Shown: positions 1 through 10,134, counted from the stretch's first letter. The stretch: 64,000 nt of DNA from Candidatus Latescibacterota bacterium (GCA_964291625.2 OZ220089.1:1984001-2048000); one strand, 5' to 3'. Notes: a model not told the origin generated them from the letters alone. A program made the numbers and translations.

Positions 1-2426
1 CCGGCGGCGAGGTCAGCCTCGAGGACGAGCGCCTGGTGCTCGAGCCGACCGGCAGCTACGCCGATCTGGATGACCTGGCGAGGACGCTGATTCCGGTGGG
101 CCAGGGAGGCCGGGTGTACCTCGGGGACATCACCCGCATCGTCCGGGAGTACGAGGCACCCCCCCGGCGCCTGGTCAGGATCAACGGTCAGCCGGGGCTG
201 TCGCTCTCGGTGGCTCTGAGCGAAGGGGCCAACATCATCGCCCTGGGAAGGGAGACGGACCGGCTGGTAGCCTTCCACCAGGAGCGGGCCCCCCTGGGGA
301 TCACCTTCAACAGGGTGGCCTCCCAGGATTTCGAGGTGGAGAAGTCGGTCGCCGACTTCACCAGCAACCTCCTGCAAAGCGTCGCCGTGGTCCTGGTGAC
401 CATGCTGCTCTTCCTGGGACTGCGCACGGGCCTGGTGGTGGCCAGCCTCATTCCCATGACCATCGTCGCCACCCTCTTCGTCATGGGTCTGTTCGATATC
501 GGCCTCAACCAGGTGTCGCTGGCGGCGCTGATCATGGCGCTGGGCATGCTGGTGGACAACGCCATTGTCGTGTCGGAAGCGATCTCGGTGAAGACGGAGA
601 GGGGCACCGGCGCCAGGGAGGCCGCCATCGAATCGGCTCGCGAGCTCGCGGTGCCACTCCTGGTTTCATCGCTCACCACCTCGGCCGCCTTCCTCTCCTT
701 TTTCCTGGCCCCGTCCATCATGGGGGAGATGATGGCGCCCCTCTTCAGCGTGATCTCCGTAGCCCTGCTCTCGTCCTGGCTGCTCTCCCTGACCATGATC
801 ACCCTGCTGGCCGTGTTCTTCCTGCGGGTGAAACAGCAGGCCGCCCGGTCGGAAAGAAGCAGCCTCATCGAGCGCTTGAACGGGCTCTACAATGGGTTGC
901 TGCTCAAAGCCCTTCGGCGCCCCTGGTCGTTCTGCGCAGCCATCGCCGGTCTGTTCCTGCTGTCGCTTCTGGGTTTCGGTCTCCTGCCGTTCATCTTCTT
1001 TCCCGACAGCCAGCGCAACCTGCTGACGCTGAATCTGAGCCTGCCTTTGGGCACCCGCATCGAGACCACGACCTCACGGGTGCAGACGATCGAATCCTAC
1101 ATCGCGGACAGTCTCCTGGTGAGCGACCAGCGAAGCCGGGGAGTAACCGACTGGGCCGCCTTCATCGGCGAGGGACCCCCATCCTACGACCTGGGGTACC
1201 AGCCGGGAGAGGGCAATCCGGGTTCCGCCCACCTGTTGCTGAACACCACTTCGGGCGAGGACAACCAGTGGATCATCGACCGCCTGGACGGCTTCTGCTT
1301 CCGCTCCTTCCCCGATGCCGAGGCAAGGGTTTCCAGGCTGTCCGGGGGCGGCGGCGGCGGAAGTGACGTGGCGGTGCGAATAACCGGGCCGGATCCCGAC
1401 GGACTGTTCGCGATCGCCGGGCGTATCAAGCAACAACTCAACCGGATGCCCGGCACGAAGAACATCGGGGACGACTGGGGGCCGAAGACCAAGAAGGTCG
1501 TCGTCGACATCGACCAGTCCCGGACCCGGAAGGCCGGTCTGACCAACCAGGATATCGCCCTCTCATTGCAGGCCGCGCTCGCGGGGTTCGACGTGGGTGC
1601 TTTCCGCCCGGGCGATCGGAGCATTCCCATCGTCCTGCGCCACGAGGGCAGCCAGGGAGTCGATGTGCGCCAGCTGGAGAGCCTGAACATCTTCGCCCAG
1701 GGATCGGGGAAGAGCGTACCCCTGGGACAGGTGGCGCAGGTCATTCCGGAGTGGCAGCTGCCCCGGATCAAGCGGCGCGACCTGAACCGCACCATGACGG
1801 TGACCTGCGACGCCGGGAGGGGATTCACCGCGACGGAGGTCACCGACGCCCTCGTCCCCTGGCTCGAGGAGGACAGCAGGTCCTGGAAGCGGGGCTACCG
1901 CTACGAGTTGGGAGGGGAATCAGAGGAGAGCGGCGATGCCATGGGCGCCGTCCTTTCGAAGCTGCCTCTCTCCGCCTGCATCATCCTCGGGTTGCTGATC
2001 CTGCAGTTCAACTCCATCCGCAAGACCTTCATCGTGCTGAGCACCATCCCACTGGGTTTGATCGGGGTGGTCGCCGGGTTGCTGATCTTCCGCTCGTTCT
2101 TCGGTTTCTTCGCCTTTCTCGGATTGATCTCGCTGGCGGGCATCGTCATCAACAACGCCATCGTTCTCCTCGACCGCATACAGATCGAACAGGACCGGGC
2201 CGGGCGTCCCACCGTCGAGGCGATCGTCGCCGCGGCCCGGCAGCGTTTCCGCCCCATCCTGCTGACCACCTGCACCACGACCCTGGGGCTGGTCCCCCTC
2301 TATCTCGGTGGCGGGCTGATGTGGGAGCCGATGGCGGTCTCCATCATGGTGGGCCTGCTCTTTGCCACGGTGATCACCCTGCTGTTCGTGCCGGTGCTGT
2401 ACAAGATCCTCTTTCGCCTGGACTGA
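1..2426 (+). CDS. RND efflux permease (AcrB/AcrD/AcrF family), 5'-truncated by window edge
   Basis: Frame is open from position 3. Motifs GMLVDNAIVV, GIVINNAIVLLD and RFRPILLT, with multiple TM helices. Confidence 0.93.
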   Translation, partial: GGEVSLEDERLVLEPTGSYADLDDLARTLIPVGQGGRVYLGDITRIVREYEAPPRRLVRINGQPGLSLSVALSEGANIIALGRETDRLVAFHQERAPLGITFNRVASQDFEVEKSVADFTSNLLQSVAVVLVTMLLFLGLRTGLVVASLIPMTIVATLFVMGLFDIGLNQVSLAALIMALGMLVDNAIVVSEAISVKTERGTGAREAAIESARELAVPLLVSSLTTSAAFLSFFLAPSIMGEMMAPLFSVISVALLSSWLLSLTMITLLAVFFLRVKQQAARSERSSLIERLNGLYNGLLLKALRRPWSFCAAIAGLFLLSLLGFGLLPFIFFPDSQRNLLTLNLSLPLGTRIETTTSRVQTIESYIADSLLVSDQRSRGVTDWAAFIGEGPPSYDLGYQPGEGNPGSAHLLLNTTSGEDNQWIIDRLDGFCFRSFPDAEARVSRLSGGGGGGSDVAVRITGPDPDGLFAIAGRIKQQLNRMPGTKNIGDDWGPKTKKVVVDIDQSRTRKAGLTNQDIALSLQAALAGFDVGAFRPGDRSIPIVLRHEGSQGVDVRQLESLNIFAQGSGKSVPLGQVAQVIPEWQLPRIKRRDLNRTMTVTCDAGRGFTATEVTDALVPWLEEDSRSWKRGYRYELGGESEESGDAMGAVLSKLPLSACIILGLLILQFNSIRKTFIVLSTIPLGLIGVVAGLLIFRSFFGFFAFLGLISLAGIVINNAIVLLDRIQIEQDRAGRPTVEAIVAAARQRFRPILLTTCTTTLGLVPLYLGGGLMWEPMAVSIMVGLLFATVITLLFVPVLYKILFRLD

Positions 2427-2428
2427 CT

Positions 2429-2474
2429 GGAGTGGCCAGGCACTCCCCGGATGTGGGGTGTCCGACACTCCCTT
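2429..2474. terminator. Two short hairpins between convergent genes, possible terminator or REP-like element
   Basis: GGAGTG-gccagg-CACTCC (2429-2446) and GGGGTGT-ccg-ACACTCC (2455-2471) followed by cttt. Confidence 0.35.
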
Positions 2475-3584
2475 TCAAGGCTTCACCACCGCCCGGGTCA
2501 CCGCCGTCGTGCGGTCCCGCCCGAACCACTCCGCCGTCTCGAAGGCGGCGTTGATCTCCTCCAGGCCGAAGCTGTGGGACATGAGATCGGCCAGGGGATA
2601 CCGGCCGCGGCTGCGCTCCAGCATCTCAAGCGCCGCCGGCAGCAGCCGCGGGCTGTAGAACGAGACAGGAACGATGTACTTGATGCCGTGGAGCACCCTG
2701 TTGATGTCGATCTCCACCATCGATTCCCGGGAGATGTTGCCGATCTCGATGTAGCGGCCACCGGGCCTGAGCATCTCCAGGCCCTCCGGCACGACCCCCG
2801 GGAAGCCCACCACCTCGACCACGGTGTCGGCCCCCGAGCGGCCGCCGCCGACCCACTCCTTCACCTGGGCGATCCGGTCCTCCGGGTCGGGGATCTCGTT
2901 GATGTCGATGGTGTGGTCGGCGCCGCACCGGCGGGCCAGCTCCAATCGCGGTTGCTGCCCGTCGATGGCGATGATCGGGCCCGCGCCCCGCTCCCGCGCA
3001 TAGGCGATCCCGTACAGGCCGAGACCCCCCGCGCCCTGGAAGACGACGGCGTCCCCGGCCCGTGGGTTGGAGCGCTCGATGCCCTCCATCACCGTGGCCG
3101 CGGCGCAGTTGACGGAGGTCAGGGCGTCGTCCGGCAGATCGGAGTCGACGCGGAAGACGAAGGACCCGGGCCTGACGTACCAGTAGTCGGCGAAGCCGCC
3201 GTGGCAGTAGGGCCATTCCTCCACCGGACGAACGATCTCGAAGTTGTGGAGGCAGTCGGTGAACTCGCCGCGGATGCAGTGGTAGCAGCGGTGGCAGGGA
3301 GTGAAGTAGCTGAAGATCACCCGGTCCCCCTCCTTCAGGGGCCGCTCCAGGTGATCGGTGGAGACCCGCGAGCCCAGAGAGTGGACGCGCCCCACCAGCT
3401 CGTGGCCGTGAACGCACCCGTGCATGCGGATGTCCCCGCGCCACAGGTGCAGGTCGGAACCGCACACGCCGCAACCGGTGACCTTCACCAGGATGCCTTC
3501 GGGCTCGATATCCGGAGCCGGCAGCTCCCGAATCTCGAAGCGGTAGTCGTCGACGAGCACCGCCGCCCGGCCGCGCTCAGCCAC
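2475..3584 (-). CDS. Zinc-binding alcohol dehydrogenase (MDR family)
   Basis: GVCGSDLH, GHE, structural-Zn CHRCYHC...C and GAGGLG Rossmann motif. GTG start at 3584 overlaps the upstream gene end. Confidence 0.92.
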   Translation of the reverse strand: MAERGRAAVLVDDYRFEIRELPAPDIEPEGILVKVTGCGVCGSDLHLWRGDIRMHGCVHGHELVGRVHSLGSRVSTDHLERPLKEGDRVIFSYFTPCHRCYHCIRGEFTDCLHNFEIVRPVEEWPYCHGGFADYWYVRPGSFVFRVDSDLPDDALTSVNCAAATVMEGIERSNPRAGDAVVFQGAGGLGLYGIAYARERGAGPIIAIDGQQPRLELARRCGADHTIDINEIPDPEDRIAQVKEWVGGGRSGADTVVEVVGFPGVVPEGLEMLRPGGRYIEIGNISRESMVEIDINRVLHGIKYIVPVSFYSPRLLPAALEMLERSRGRYPLADLMSHSFGLEEINAAFETAEWFGRDRTTAVTRAVVKP

Positions 3585-4260
3585 TGGCCGCCGCCATGAC
3601 CCACGCCTTGACCCAGCCCCAGGAATTGCCCTCGGCAGCCGCCCTGCCAATCGCTTCCCCGCAATCCCTCGACAAGGGATCGCACACCCAGCGCCGGATG
3701 CGCCACATGCCGTCCTCGTCCTGGCGCAGCTTGAAGGTCATCAACTGGTCGACGTAGAACCCTTCGTCCGGCTTTGTCAGCAGCAGCAACTCCACCCGCC
3801 CCCGAAAGACGAGCCAGTCCTCCTCCGGGTGGCCGTCCGGATCCCCCTCGAAGGCCATGGGCGAGTCGGCCCCCGACTCCTCGTACCTCCTCGAGGTCCA
3901 GAAATCGAACTCGATCGTGCGAAAGACGTCGAAGATCCCCCGCGTCGAGTCGCCCCCGCCCATGAGCTCCAGCTCCTCCTCTTTGTCGCTCCAATACATG
4001 AGCTGGCCCAGACAGTTCTCCTCGGTGAACCAGAAGCCGTCGTCCAGCAGGCTCGCGAGGAGGTCCGGGTCGCGCTCCTCGAAGGCGCGATCGAGGCTCT
4101 CCATGGCGTCCTCGGGGGTGCATGCCGGACACTCCTCGCCGTCCAAGCCGGGCAGGGGGGGCGGGCCGGCCCCGCGGTCGGCGCACTGGGCGGACATCAG
4201 GGCCGCGGCCAGGACCGCCGGCAGTGCGCGCTTGAATCCCGCGCCGGGAGGGGCGGTCAC
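3577..4260 (-). CDS. Exported protein or lipoprotein, possibly NTF2-like fold, with C-terminal SWGWVKA tail
   Basis: GTG start overlaps the tal stop (GTGA). Signal-like KRALPAVLAAALMSAQC, acidic globular domain ending WRIRRW, then GNSWGWVKAW. Confidence 0.7.
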   Translation of the reverse strand: MTAPPGAGFKRALPAVLAAALMSAQCADRGAGPPPLPGLDGEECPACTPEDAMESLDRAFEERDPDLLASLLDDGFWFTEENCLGQLMYWSDKEEELELMGGGDSTRGIFDVFRTIEFDFWTSRRYEESGADSPMAFEGDPDGHPEEDWLVFRGRVELLLLTKPDEGFYVDQLMTFKLRQDEDGMWRIRRWVCDPLSRDCGEAIGRAAAEGNSWGWVKAWVMAAASG

Positions 4261-5393
4261 GCGCGGCGCGGCACAGCCTCGCACTGGCTCTCTATGGCGG
4301 CCAGCAGCTTGTCGAAGGGCTCCACGAAGAGACGCACGCCGTCGTCCAGCAGCTGGTCCGTGGCCTCCTGCATCGAGATGCCGAGCCCCTCGAGGGCGGC
4401 CATCACGTCGCCGGCCTCGTCCGCGCCCTTCTCCAGGGTGGCCTCGACGACCCCGTGATCGCGGAAGGCGTCGAAGGTCGCCTCCGGCAGGGTGTTCACC
4501 GTGTCGGGGCCGATCAGCTCCTCCACGTAGAGCACGTCGCGGTAGGCCGGGTTCTTGACGCTCGTGCTGGCCCACAGCAACCGCTGGGGGTTGGCGCCGG
4601 CGGCGGCGAGGCGGGACCAGCGCTCCCCGGCGACGAGGCCGCGGTAGTGTTGATAGGCGAGCCTCGCGTTGGCGATGGCGGCGCGGCCCTTCAGGGCGCC
4701 GAGGGCGACGCGGCGCACGGCGTCGCCCTCGGCGGCCAGGCGCTCGTCGATCCGCGCGTCGATCAGGGTGTCGATGCGGCTCACGAAGAAGCTGGCGACG
4801 CTGGAGACGGCGGCCACGTCACCGCCCTTCTCGAGCAGGCTCTCCAGGCCCTTGAGCCAGGCCTCGGCGGCGGCGGCGTACCGGTCCCGCGCGAAGAGCA
4901 GGGTGACGTTGACATTGACCCCCTCCCCGATCAGCCGCTCGATGGCGGGCACGCCCGCCGGTGTCCCGGGCACCTTGATCATCAGGTTGCGGCGCCCCAC
5001 ATCGCCGGCCAGCCGCAGAGCTTCGTCGACGGTCTTCCGCGTGTCGTGGGCCAGGTGCGGCGACACCTCGAGAGAGACGAATCCATCACGCCCCTGCGAC
5101 TCCTCGTGCACCGGCAGCAGCGCGTCGGCCGCCCACTGGATGTCCTCCACGGCGATGGCCTCGTAGATCTGCAGGGGCGATAGACCGGCGTCGGCGTGGC
5201 GGCGCAGCACCCCCCGGTAGTCGTCCGACCCGGCGATGGCCTTCTCGAAGATGGCGGGGTTGGAGGTCATCCCCCGCAGGCCGTCCTCGGCGATCAGCCG
5301 CCCCAGCTCGCCGCTGGTGAGGAGACCCCGGCGGATGCTGTCGTACCAGACGCTCTGGCCCTGCCGGCCAAGATCGGAAATCGGATTGGACAT
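4257..5393 (-). CDS. tal: Transaldolase (long, type 2)
   Basis: QSVWYD, GMTSNPAIF, VSLEVSP, NLMIKVP (Schiff-base Lys), NVNVTLLF, ASFFVSRID, LLWASTS. Confidence 0.96.
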   Translation of the reverse strand: MSNPISDLGRQGQSVWYDSIRRGLLTSGELGRLIAEDGLRGMTSNPAIFEKAIAGSDDYRGVLRRHADAGLSPLQIYEAIAVEDIQWAADALLPVHEESQGRDGFVSLEVSPHLAHDTRKTVDEALRLAGDVGRRNLMIKVPGTPAGVPAIERLIGEGVNVNVTLLFARDRYAAAAEAWLKGLESLLEKGGDVAAVSSVASFFVSRIDTLIDARIDERLAAEGDAVRRVALGALKGRAAIANARLAYQHYRGLVAGERWSRLAAAGANPQRLLWASTSVKNPAYRDVLYVEELIGPDTVNTLPEATFDAFRDHGVVEATLEKGADEAGDVMAALEGLGISMQEATDQLLDDGVRLFVEPFDKLLAAIESQCEAVPRRA

Positions 5394-5503
5394 GACCTGA
5401 CACTCCCATCGAAAGGCAGAGGTTGGAGGGCGGCGGGTAATATACCCCGCCGAGGGCCGCTCGCCTTGCCCCTTCCAGGTGGCCCGGGTAGTTTCTTGCG
5501 CCG

Positions 5504-6664
5504 ATGGCCACCATCGTCGACGGCAAGAAGCGCATCCCCTTCATGCGGGGGATGCTCGTCCACCATCTCCTCCAGCGCGGTTTCGATCACGACGAGGCCT
5601 ACGGCATCGCCGACGAGGTGCGCACCGAGGTGCGCCGGCGCAAGGAGGTGGAACGGGGACAGATCCTCGATCTGATCGCCGACCTCCTCAGGCGCGACCA
5701 TCCCGACCGCCCCCTCGGCAACCTCCTGTTCTGGGAACCGTCGCCGACGACGATCACCGTCGACCGCGACGCCGGCCCCCGTCCCTTCTCGCGCGAGCTG
5801 CTGTCCCACTCGATCCAGGCCGCCGGCCTCTCTCCCGACCGCTCCTACGAGCTCGCCCGCACCGTGGAGGAACACCTCCTCGACAAGCGGACGGGCCGCA
5901 TCGGCCACGACCAACTGGAGAGCCTCGTTCAGGAGGTCATCCTCGAGAGATGCGGCGAGAGCTCCGCCGAGCTCTACCGGACCTGGCGAGCCTGGAGGGA
6001 CCTGGACAAGCCCCTCGTGATTCTCATCGGGGGCGCCACCGGCGTCGGCAAGACGACTCTGGCCGTGAGTCTCGCCAACGTCCTCGACATCCCCCGCGTC
6101 GTGGCCACTGACGACATCCGGCAGATCCTGCGTCTGACCCTGGCCAGGGACTTCATGCCCTCCATCCACGATTCCTCCTACGACGCCGAGGCTGCCGACA
6201 TCCAGGACGGCCTCGACCCGGTGGTAACCGCCTTCCACGAGCAGTCCCGGGTCGTCGGCGTCGGCGTGCGCGCCATCATGTCTCGTTGCATCGAGGAGAA
6301 TGCGAGCGTCATCATCGACGGCGTGCACTTGCTCCCCGGGATCTCGCGGTGGAGAGCCTTCGAGGAGAACGCCATCATCGTGCCCATCTGTCTGGCCCTG
6401 ACCGACCGCGAGGCCTACGAGACTCGCTTCGCCAAGCGGGAGGTGCAGGCCCCGGCCCGGACGCCGCGCAAGTCCCTCTCCAACCTCGATCGCATCCTCC
6501 GGATCCAGGAACACATCCTCAGGGGCTGCGAGGACGAGGACATCCCCGTCATCGAGATGACCGCCGTCGAGGAACCGACGCAGGCCGCCGTGCTCGCCGT
6601 GGTCGAGCGGCTTCGCGCCAACGGCAAGGCCGAGGGCAGGAAAGCCAAAAAAAAGAGGAAATGA
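5504..6664 (+). CDS. 2-phosphoglycerate kinase-like protein with two ATP-cone domains
   Basis: PFMRGML and PFSRELL ATP-cone starts, P-loop ILIGGATGVGKT, then TDDIRQILR, IHDSSY and IIDGVHLLPG. Confidence 0.85.
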   Translation: MATIVDGKKRIPFMRGMLVHHLLQRGFDHDEAYGIADEVRTEVRRRKEVERGQILDLIADLLRRDHPDRPLGNLLFWEPSPTTITVDRDAGPRPFSRELLSHSIQAAGLSPDRSYELARTVEEHLLDKRTGRIGHDQLESLVQEVILERCGESSAELYRTWRAWRDLDKPLVILIGGATGVGKTTLAVSLANVLDIPRVVATDDIRQILRLTLARDFMPSIHDSSYDAEAADIQDGLDPVVTAFHEQSRVVGVGVRAIMSRCIEENASVIIDGVHLLPGISRWRAFEENAIIVPICLALTDREAYETRFAKREVQAPARTPRKSLSNLDRILRIQEHILRGCEDEDIPVIEMTAVEEPTQAAVLAVVERLRANGKAEGRKAKKKRK

Positions 6665-6792
6665 CCGGATTCTTCGCGGCCCTTTTCCCTCCCGCGGCCC
6701 GATCCTATATTGGCCGGTTGATGAACAAAGTGCTCGACAGTTTGGGCGGTTTGCCCGGTTTCACCGGCACCAGCCGGAGGACAGGCAAAGAA

Positions 6793-7245
6793 ATGCTGGG
6801 CAAGAAGGAAGAGAGCGGCGGCGGCGAGACTCTGAACACGATCGTCGGCCGCGGCACCCTCTTCGAGGGAGTCATGAAGGTGGACAACAGCGTTCGCATC
6901 GACGGCACCTTCAAGGGGGAGCTGTCGTGCTCGGGAACGCTCACCATCGGCCAGTCGGGCGAGGCCCATGCCCAGCTCGACGGCCGCGATGTCTACATCA
7001 ACGGGGTCGTGCACGGCAACGTGCGGGGGGACAAGGTCCGCCTCGACAGCCAGGCACGGGTCGTGGGAGACATCAACTCCAACGCCCTGTCCATCTCCGA
7101 GGGCGCCGTGTTCCAGGGCAACTGCTCCATGGACGTCGACGAGAGTGAAGGTGTGGACGCCATGGGGGCGGAGGCGCCCGAGCCCCTCGAGGGCGGGGAT
7201 GAGTCGGTGATCCCCATGGACAGCCGACGCGCCTCCGGCGGCTGA
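6793..7245 (+). CDS. Bactofilin (polymer-forming cytoskeletal protein, CcmA family)
   Basis: TIVGRGTLFEG...VRIDGTFKGEL...VYINGVVHGNV...LSISEGAVFQGNCSM beta-helix repeats. ATG at 6793. Confidence 0.93.
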   Translation: MLGKKEESGGGETLNTIVGRGTLFEGVMKVDNSVRIDGTFKGELSCSGTLTIGQSGEAHAQLDGRDVYINGVVHGNVRGDKVRLDSQARVVGDINSNALSISEGAVFQGNCSMDVDESEGVDAMGAEAPEPLEGGDESVIPMDSRRASGG

Positions 7246-7357
7246 AGCACCAACCCCGGGGAAGCCGCCGCTCTCACGCGGTGGATGCCTCCGTACCGCC
7301 GCTCCCCTGGCGGCCCGGACCCGTCCTCCCCGTCCGCAGGAACATCCCAACGGCAAG

Positions 7358-7930
7358 ATGGTCTCTCTTGTCAGGGACCTCTCGACCGCCGCCCATGCAG
7401 ATGCCCCGCCCAACCCCACTCGAACCGTGCTTCCCTCTACGGTGACCGCGGATCTGGCCCGCGAGGGTGAGCGCCGCACCCGCTGCGCCTCCGAGACCCG
7501 GCGCTTCGGCCGCCAGCTGGCCGCGGCCCTGATGCCGGGAGACCTGGTGGCCCTCGAAGGCGACCTCGGCACCGGCAAGACCTGCCTCGTGCAGGGAATC
7601 TGCGCCGGTCTGGGTGTCGACGAGGTGGTCAACAGCCCTACTTTCGTATTGCTGAACGTCTACGAGGGCGCGGGGGAGGCGAGCGGATGCCGGGTCTACC
7701 ACTTCGACCTCTACCGCCTCGGGACGGTGGACGAACTGGCGGCGATCGGCGCCGACCAGTTCTTCCACGAGGCCGACGCCGTCACCCTCGTGGAGTGGGC
7801 GGACCGCCTGCCCGAGCTGCTCCCCGAGAAGCGGTGGCGGATCGAGCTCCGGTACGGAGAGCAGGAGCAGGAGCGGCGCATTCGATGGCGGCGGCCCGAC
7901 ACCGGCGCCGCTCCCGGGAGGGACGCTTGA
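7358..7930 (+). CDS. tsaE: tRNA threonylcarbamoyladenosine biosynthesis ATPase TsaE (true start probably further downstream)
   Basis: LEGDLGTGKT, VNSPTFVL, YHFDLYRL, VEWAD. Confidence 0.94.
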   Translation: MVSLVRDLSTAAHADAPPNPTRTVLPSTVTADLAREGERRTRCASETRRFGRQLAAALMPGDLVALEGDLGTGKTCLVQGICAGLGVDEVVNSPTFVLLNVYEGAGEASGCRVYHFDLYRLGTVDELAAIGADQFFHEADAVTLVEWADRLPELLPEKRWRIELRYGEQEQERRIRWRRPDTGAAPGRDA

Positions 7931-8697
7931 CCTCGTACCGCTCATGGCTTCCGGCGCTGGCGATGCTGGCCGCGGTCCGGGCGGGTCCCGCGGGCGCCCA
8001 GTACGGGCCCCCGGAGCTGGTGCGCCTTGTCGACAGTCCCACCGCCGGCCTCGTCGACAAGGGGCAATACGCCATCGAACTGAGGCTGTTCGCGGGAGGG
8101 GGCCTGATGGGCCAGGTCGACGCCGGACTCCTCCAGCGCCTGGCCATCGGCCTGGCCTTCGGGGGCGAGGGGGTCATCGGCGACGAGAGCGTCGACTGGC
8201 ATCCCGGGGTCGAAGCGGCGGCTCGCTGCCGCCTCGTCGAGGAGAGCACGGGCATGCCCGCCCTGACGGCAGGATACGACACCCAGGGATACGGTGCGCA
8301 CACCCACGGGAGGTACCAGGTCCGCGGCAAGGGGATCTACCTGGCCGCCAGCAAGAACTACGGGACCACCCTCGGCCAGCTCGGCTTCCACGGCGGCCTG
8401 AACTGGTCTCTCGAGGAGGAGGGGGGCGGCCTCTCCGGGTGGCTCGGCGCCGACAAGCGGTTCAGCGACAGACTCATCTTCACCGCCGAGTACGACCTCG
8501 CCCGCGCCGGCGGCGACGACTCCTGGGCCGTGAATCGGGGATACGCCAACGGGGGCGCCCACTGGTCGCCCACCCCGAGCCTGAGGCTCGGCTTCCTGCT
8601 CAAGAACTTCCTCCAGAACGGGGACCGCACGGCGCCCGGCGGACCCTCCGCCGACCTGAGCCGCGAGATCTCCGTTCGCTACAGCGAGAGTTTCTGA
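7927..8697 (+). CDS. Putative outer-membrane beta-barrel protein (YjbH-like)
   Basis: Signal peptide, LVDSPTAGL N-terminus, amphipathic beta strands, terminal Phe (RYSESF). TTG start overlaps the tsaE stop. Confidence 0.65.
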   Translation: MTSYRSWLPALAMLAAVRAGPAGAQYGPPELVRLVDSPTAGLVDKGQYAIELRLFAGGGLMGQVDAGLLQRLAIGLAFGGEGVIGDESVDWHPGVEAAARCRLVEESTGMPALTAGYDTQGYGAHTHGRYQVRGKGIYLAASKNYGTTLGQLGFHGGLNWSLEEEGGGLSGWLGADKRFSDRLIFTAEYDLARAGGDDSWAVNRGYANGGAHWSPTPSLRLGFLLKNFLQNGDRTAPGGPSADLSREISVRYSESF

Positions 8698-10067
8698 TGC
8701 GCCATTTCCGAGCTCCCCTCGCCCTGCTCGTCCTGGCCACGGCCGCGGCCGGCCAGGAAGAACGGGCCATCGACAACTTCGCCGGCGTCGGCGTCCGCGC
8801 CATGGGGATGGGCGGCGCCTTCGCCGGCCTCGCCGACGACTTCACCGCCGTCTACTGGAACCCGGCCGGTCTGGCGCAGATGCGCCAGCGCGAGATCAGC
8901 GTCGCCTTTCTGCGCAACGCCCGGCAGAACCGGGCCGTCACCGGATTCGGGACCCCGATCGAGAGCAGCGCCATCGCCGACGTGAGCAACACCCGCTTCG
9001 GCAGCCTGGGCTTCGTCTATCCCGTGCCCGTGTACCGCGGCAGCCTCGTGCTGGCGGCGGGCTTCAACCGCGTCAAGGACTTCGACTGGGCCCTCGACTA
9101 CCCCCTGGTGCCGGTGGTGCGGGATGCGGACGGGGCCGTCCTCGGCGACAGCCTCGCCTACGACGACAGCTTCCGCCACGAAGGCGAGCTGGCCATCACC
9201 TCCGTGGCCGGCGCCATCGACGTGAGCCCCTCGGTTTCCGTGGGCGCCACCCTCAGCCTCATCGGCGGCGAGGACGAGTGGACCTCGGAGTTCGTCTCCA
9301 TCGACACGGAGAACTTCTTCTACGAGAGACGCTTCACCGAGCGCGAGGTCTTCGTCGACGACTACGGCACCACCTGGACCGCCACCCTCGGGGCCATGGT
9401 GCGCACCCCCCGGGACGACCCGCGCGTGCGCCTGGGCGTCACCATGGCCACCGGGTCGTCGCACAAGGTCAGCTACACCTGGCGGGCGCCGCCCCAACCA
9501 CACTTCAGCTCCGTCGAGTCCGACGACGGCACCGTGGTCGAGACTCCGAGCGAGGAGTTCAAGAGCAGCTACCGCATCGCCCTGCCCCTCTCCTTCGGGC
9601 TCGGCCTCTCCGGCCGGCCCGTGCCCCAGGTGACGCTGGCCGCCTCGGTCCACGCCACCGAGTGGACCCAGACCGAGTACACCGACGACGACCCCTTCGA
9701 GCTGCGCACCGACACCTCCTTCGAGGACCAGTACGCCGACGTCCTGCGCTGGCACCTCGGGGCCGAGTGGCAGGTGCCGTGGGCCGCCGTCGATCTGCGC
9801 GCCGGGTACTACTCCGACCCCCTGCCCTTCGTCGGGCCCCGGGACCCGACCCGTGCTCCGGACCCGGTCCATAATCCCCTGATCCGGGTGCTCCGGGACC
9901 GGCGGTTCTACACCCTCGGCGCCGGGGTCGCCGTGGAGGAGGCGGTGCGGATCGAGCTGGCCTACACCCGCGGAGACTACGAGCAGGCCGAAGGCCAGAA
10001 CGAGCTGGAGCTTCGGGAAGATGTGGACGTGAACCGCGTCTTCATGGGGGTCCGCTACCACTTCTGA
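8697..10067 (+). CDS. FadL/OmpP1/TodX-family outer-membrane beta-barrel
   Basis: Signal peptide, then GVRAMGMGGAFAGLADDFTAVYWNPAGLA (FadL hatch motif). C-terminal VRYHF beta-signal. Confidence 0.88.
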   Translation: MRHFRAPLALLVLATAAAGQEERAIDNFAGVGVRAMGMGGAFAGLADDFTAVYWNPAGLAQMRQREISVAFLRNARQNRAVTGFGTPIESSAIADVSNTRFGSLGFVYPVPVYRGSLVLAAGFNRVKDFDWALDYPLVPVVRDADGAVLGDSLAYDDSFRHEGELAITSVAGAIDVSPSVSVGATLSLIGGEDEWTSEFVSIDTENFFYERRFTEREVFVDDYGTTWTATLGAMVRTPRDDPRVRLGVTMATGSSHKVSYTWRAPPQPHFSSVESDDGTVVETPSEEFKSSYRIALPLSFGLGLSGRPVPQVTLAASVHATEWTQTEYTDDDPFELRTDTSFEDQYADVLRWHLGAEWQVPWAAVDLRAGYYSDPLPFVGPRDPTRAPDPVHNPLIRVLRDRRFYTLGAGVAVEEAVRIELAYTRGDYEQAEGQNELELREDVDVNRVFMGVRYHF

Positions 10068-10106
10068 CCCCGTCCCCGAGGGCCCCCGGGGAGCCCCCGA
10101 GAGCCG

Positions 10107-10134
10107 TTGACCGCGAGGGCTCCCTCCATATATT
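10107..10134 (+). promoter_or_regulatory. Sigma70-type promoter
   Basis: TTGACC-16 nt-TATATT upstream of RBS AGGAGGT and ATG 10183. Confidence 0.6.

Noticed and set aside
7390-7420. Loose similarity between the reverse complement here and about 19283-19325 (GTGGGGTTG...ATCTGCA)
   Set aside because: Short, gapped and partly coding, so probably chance.
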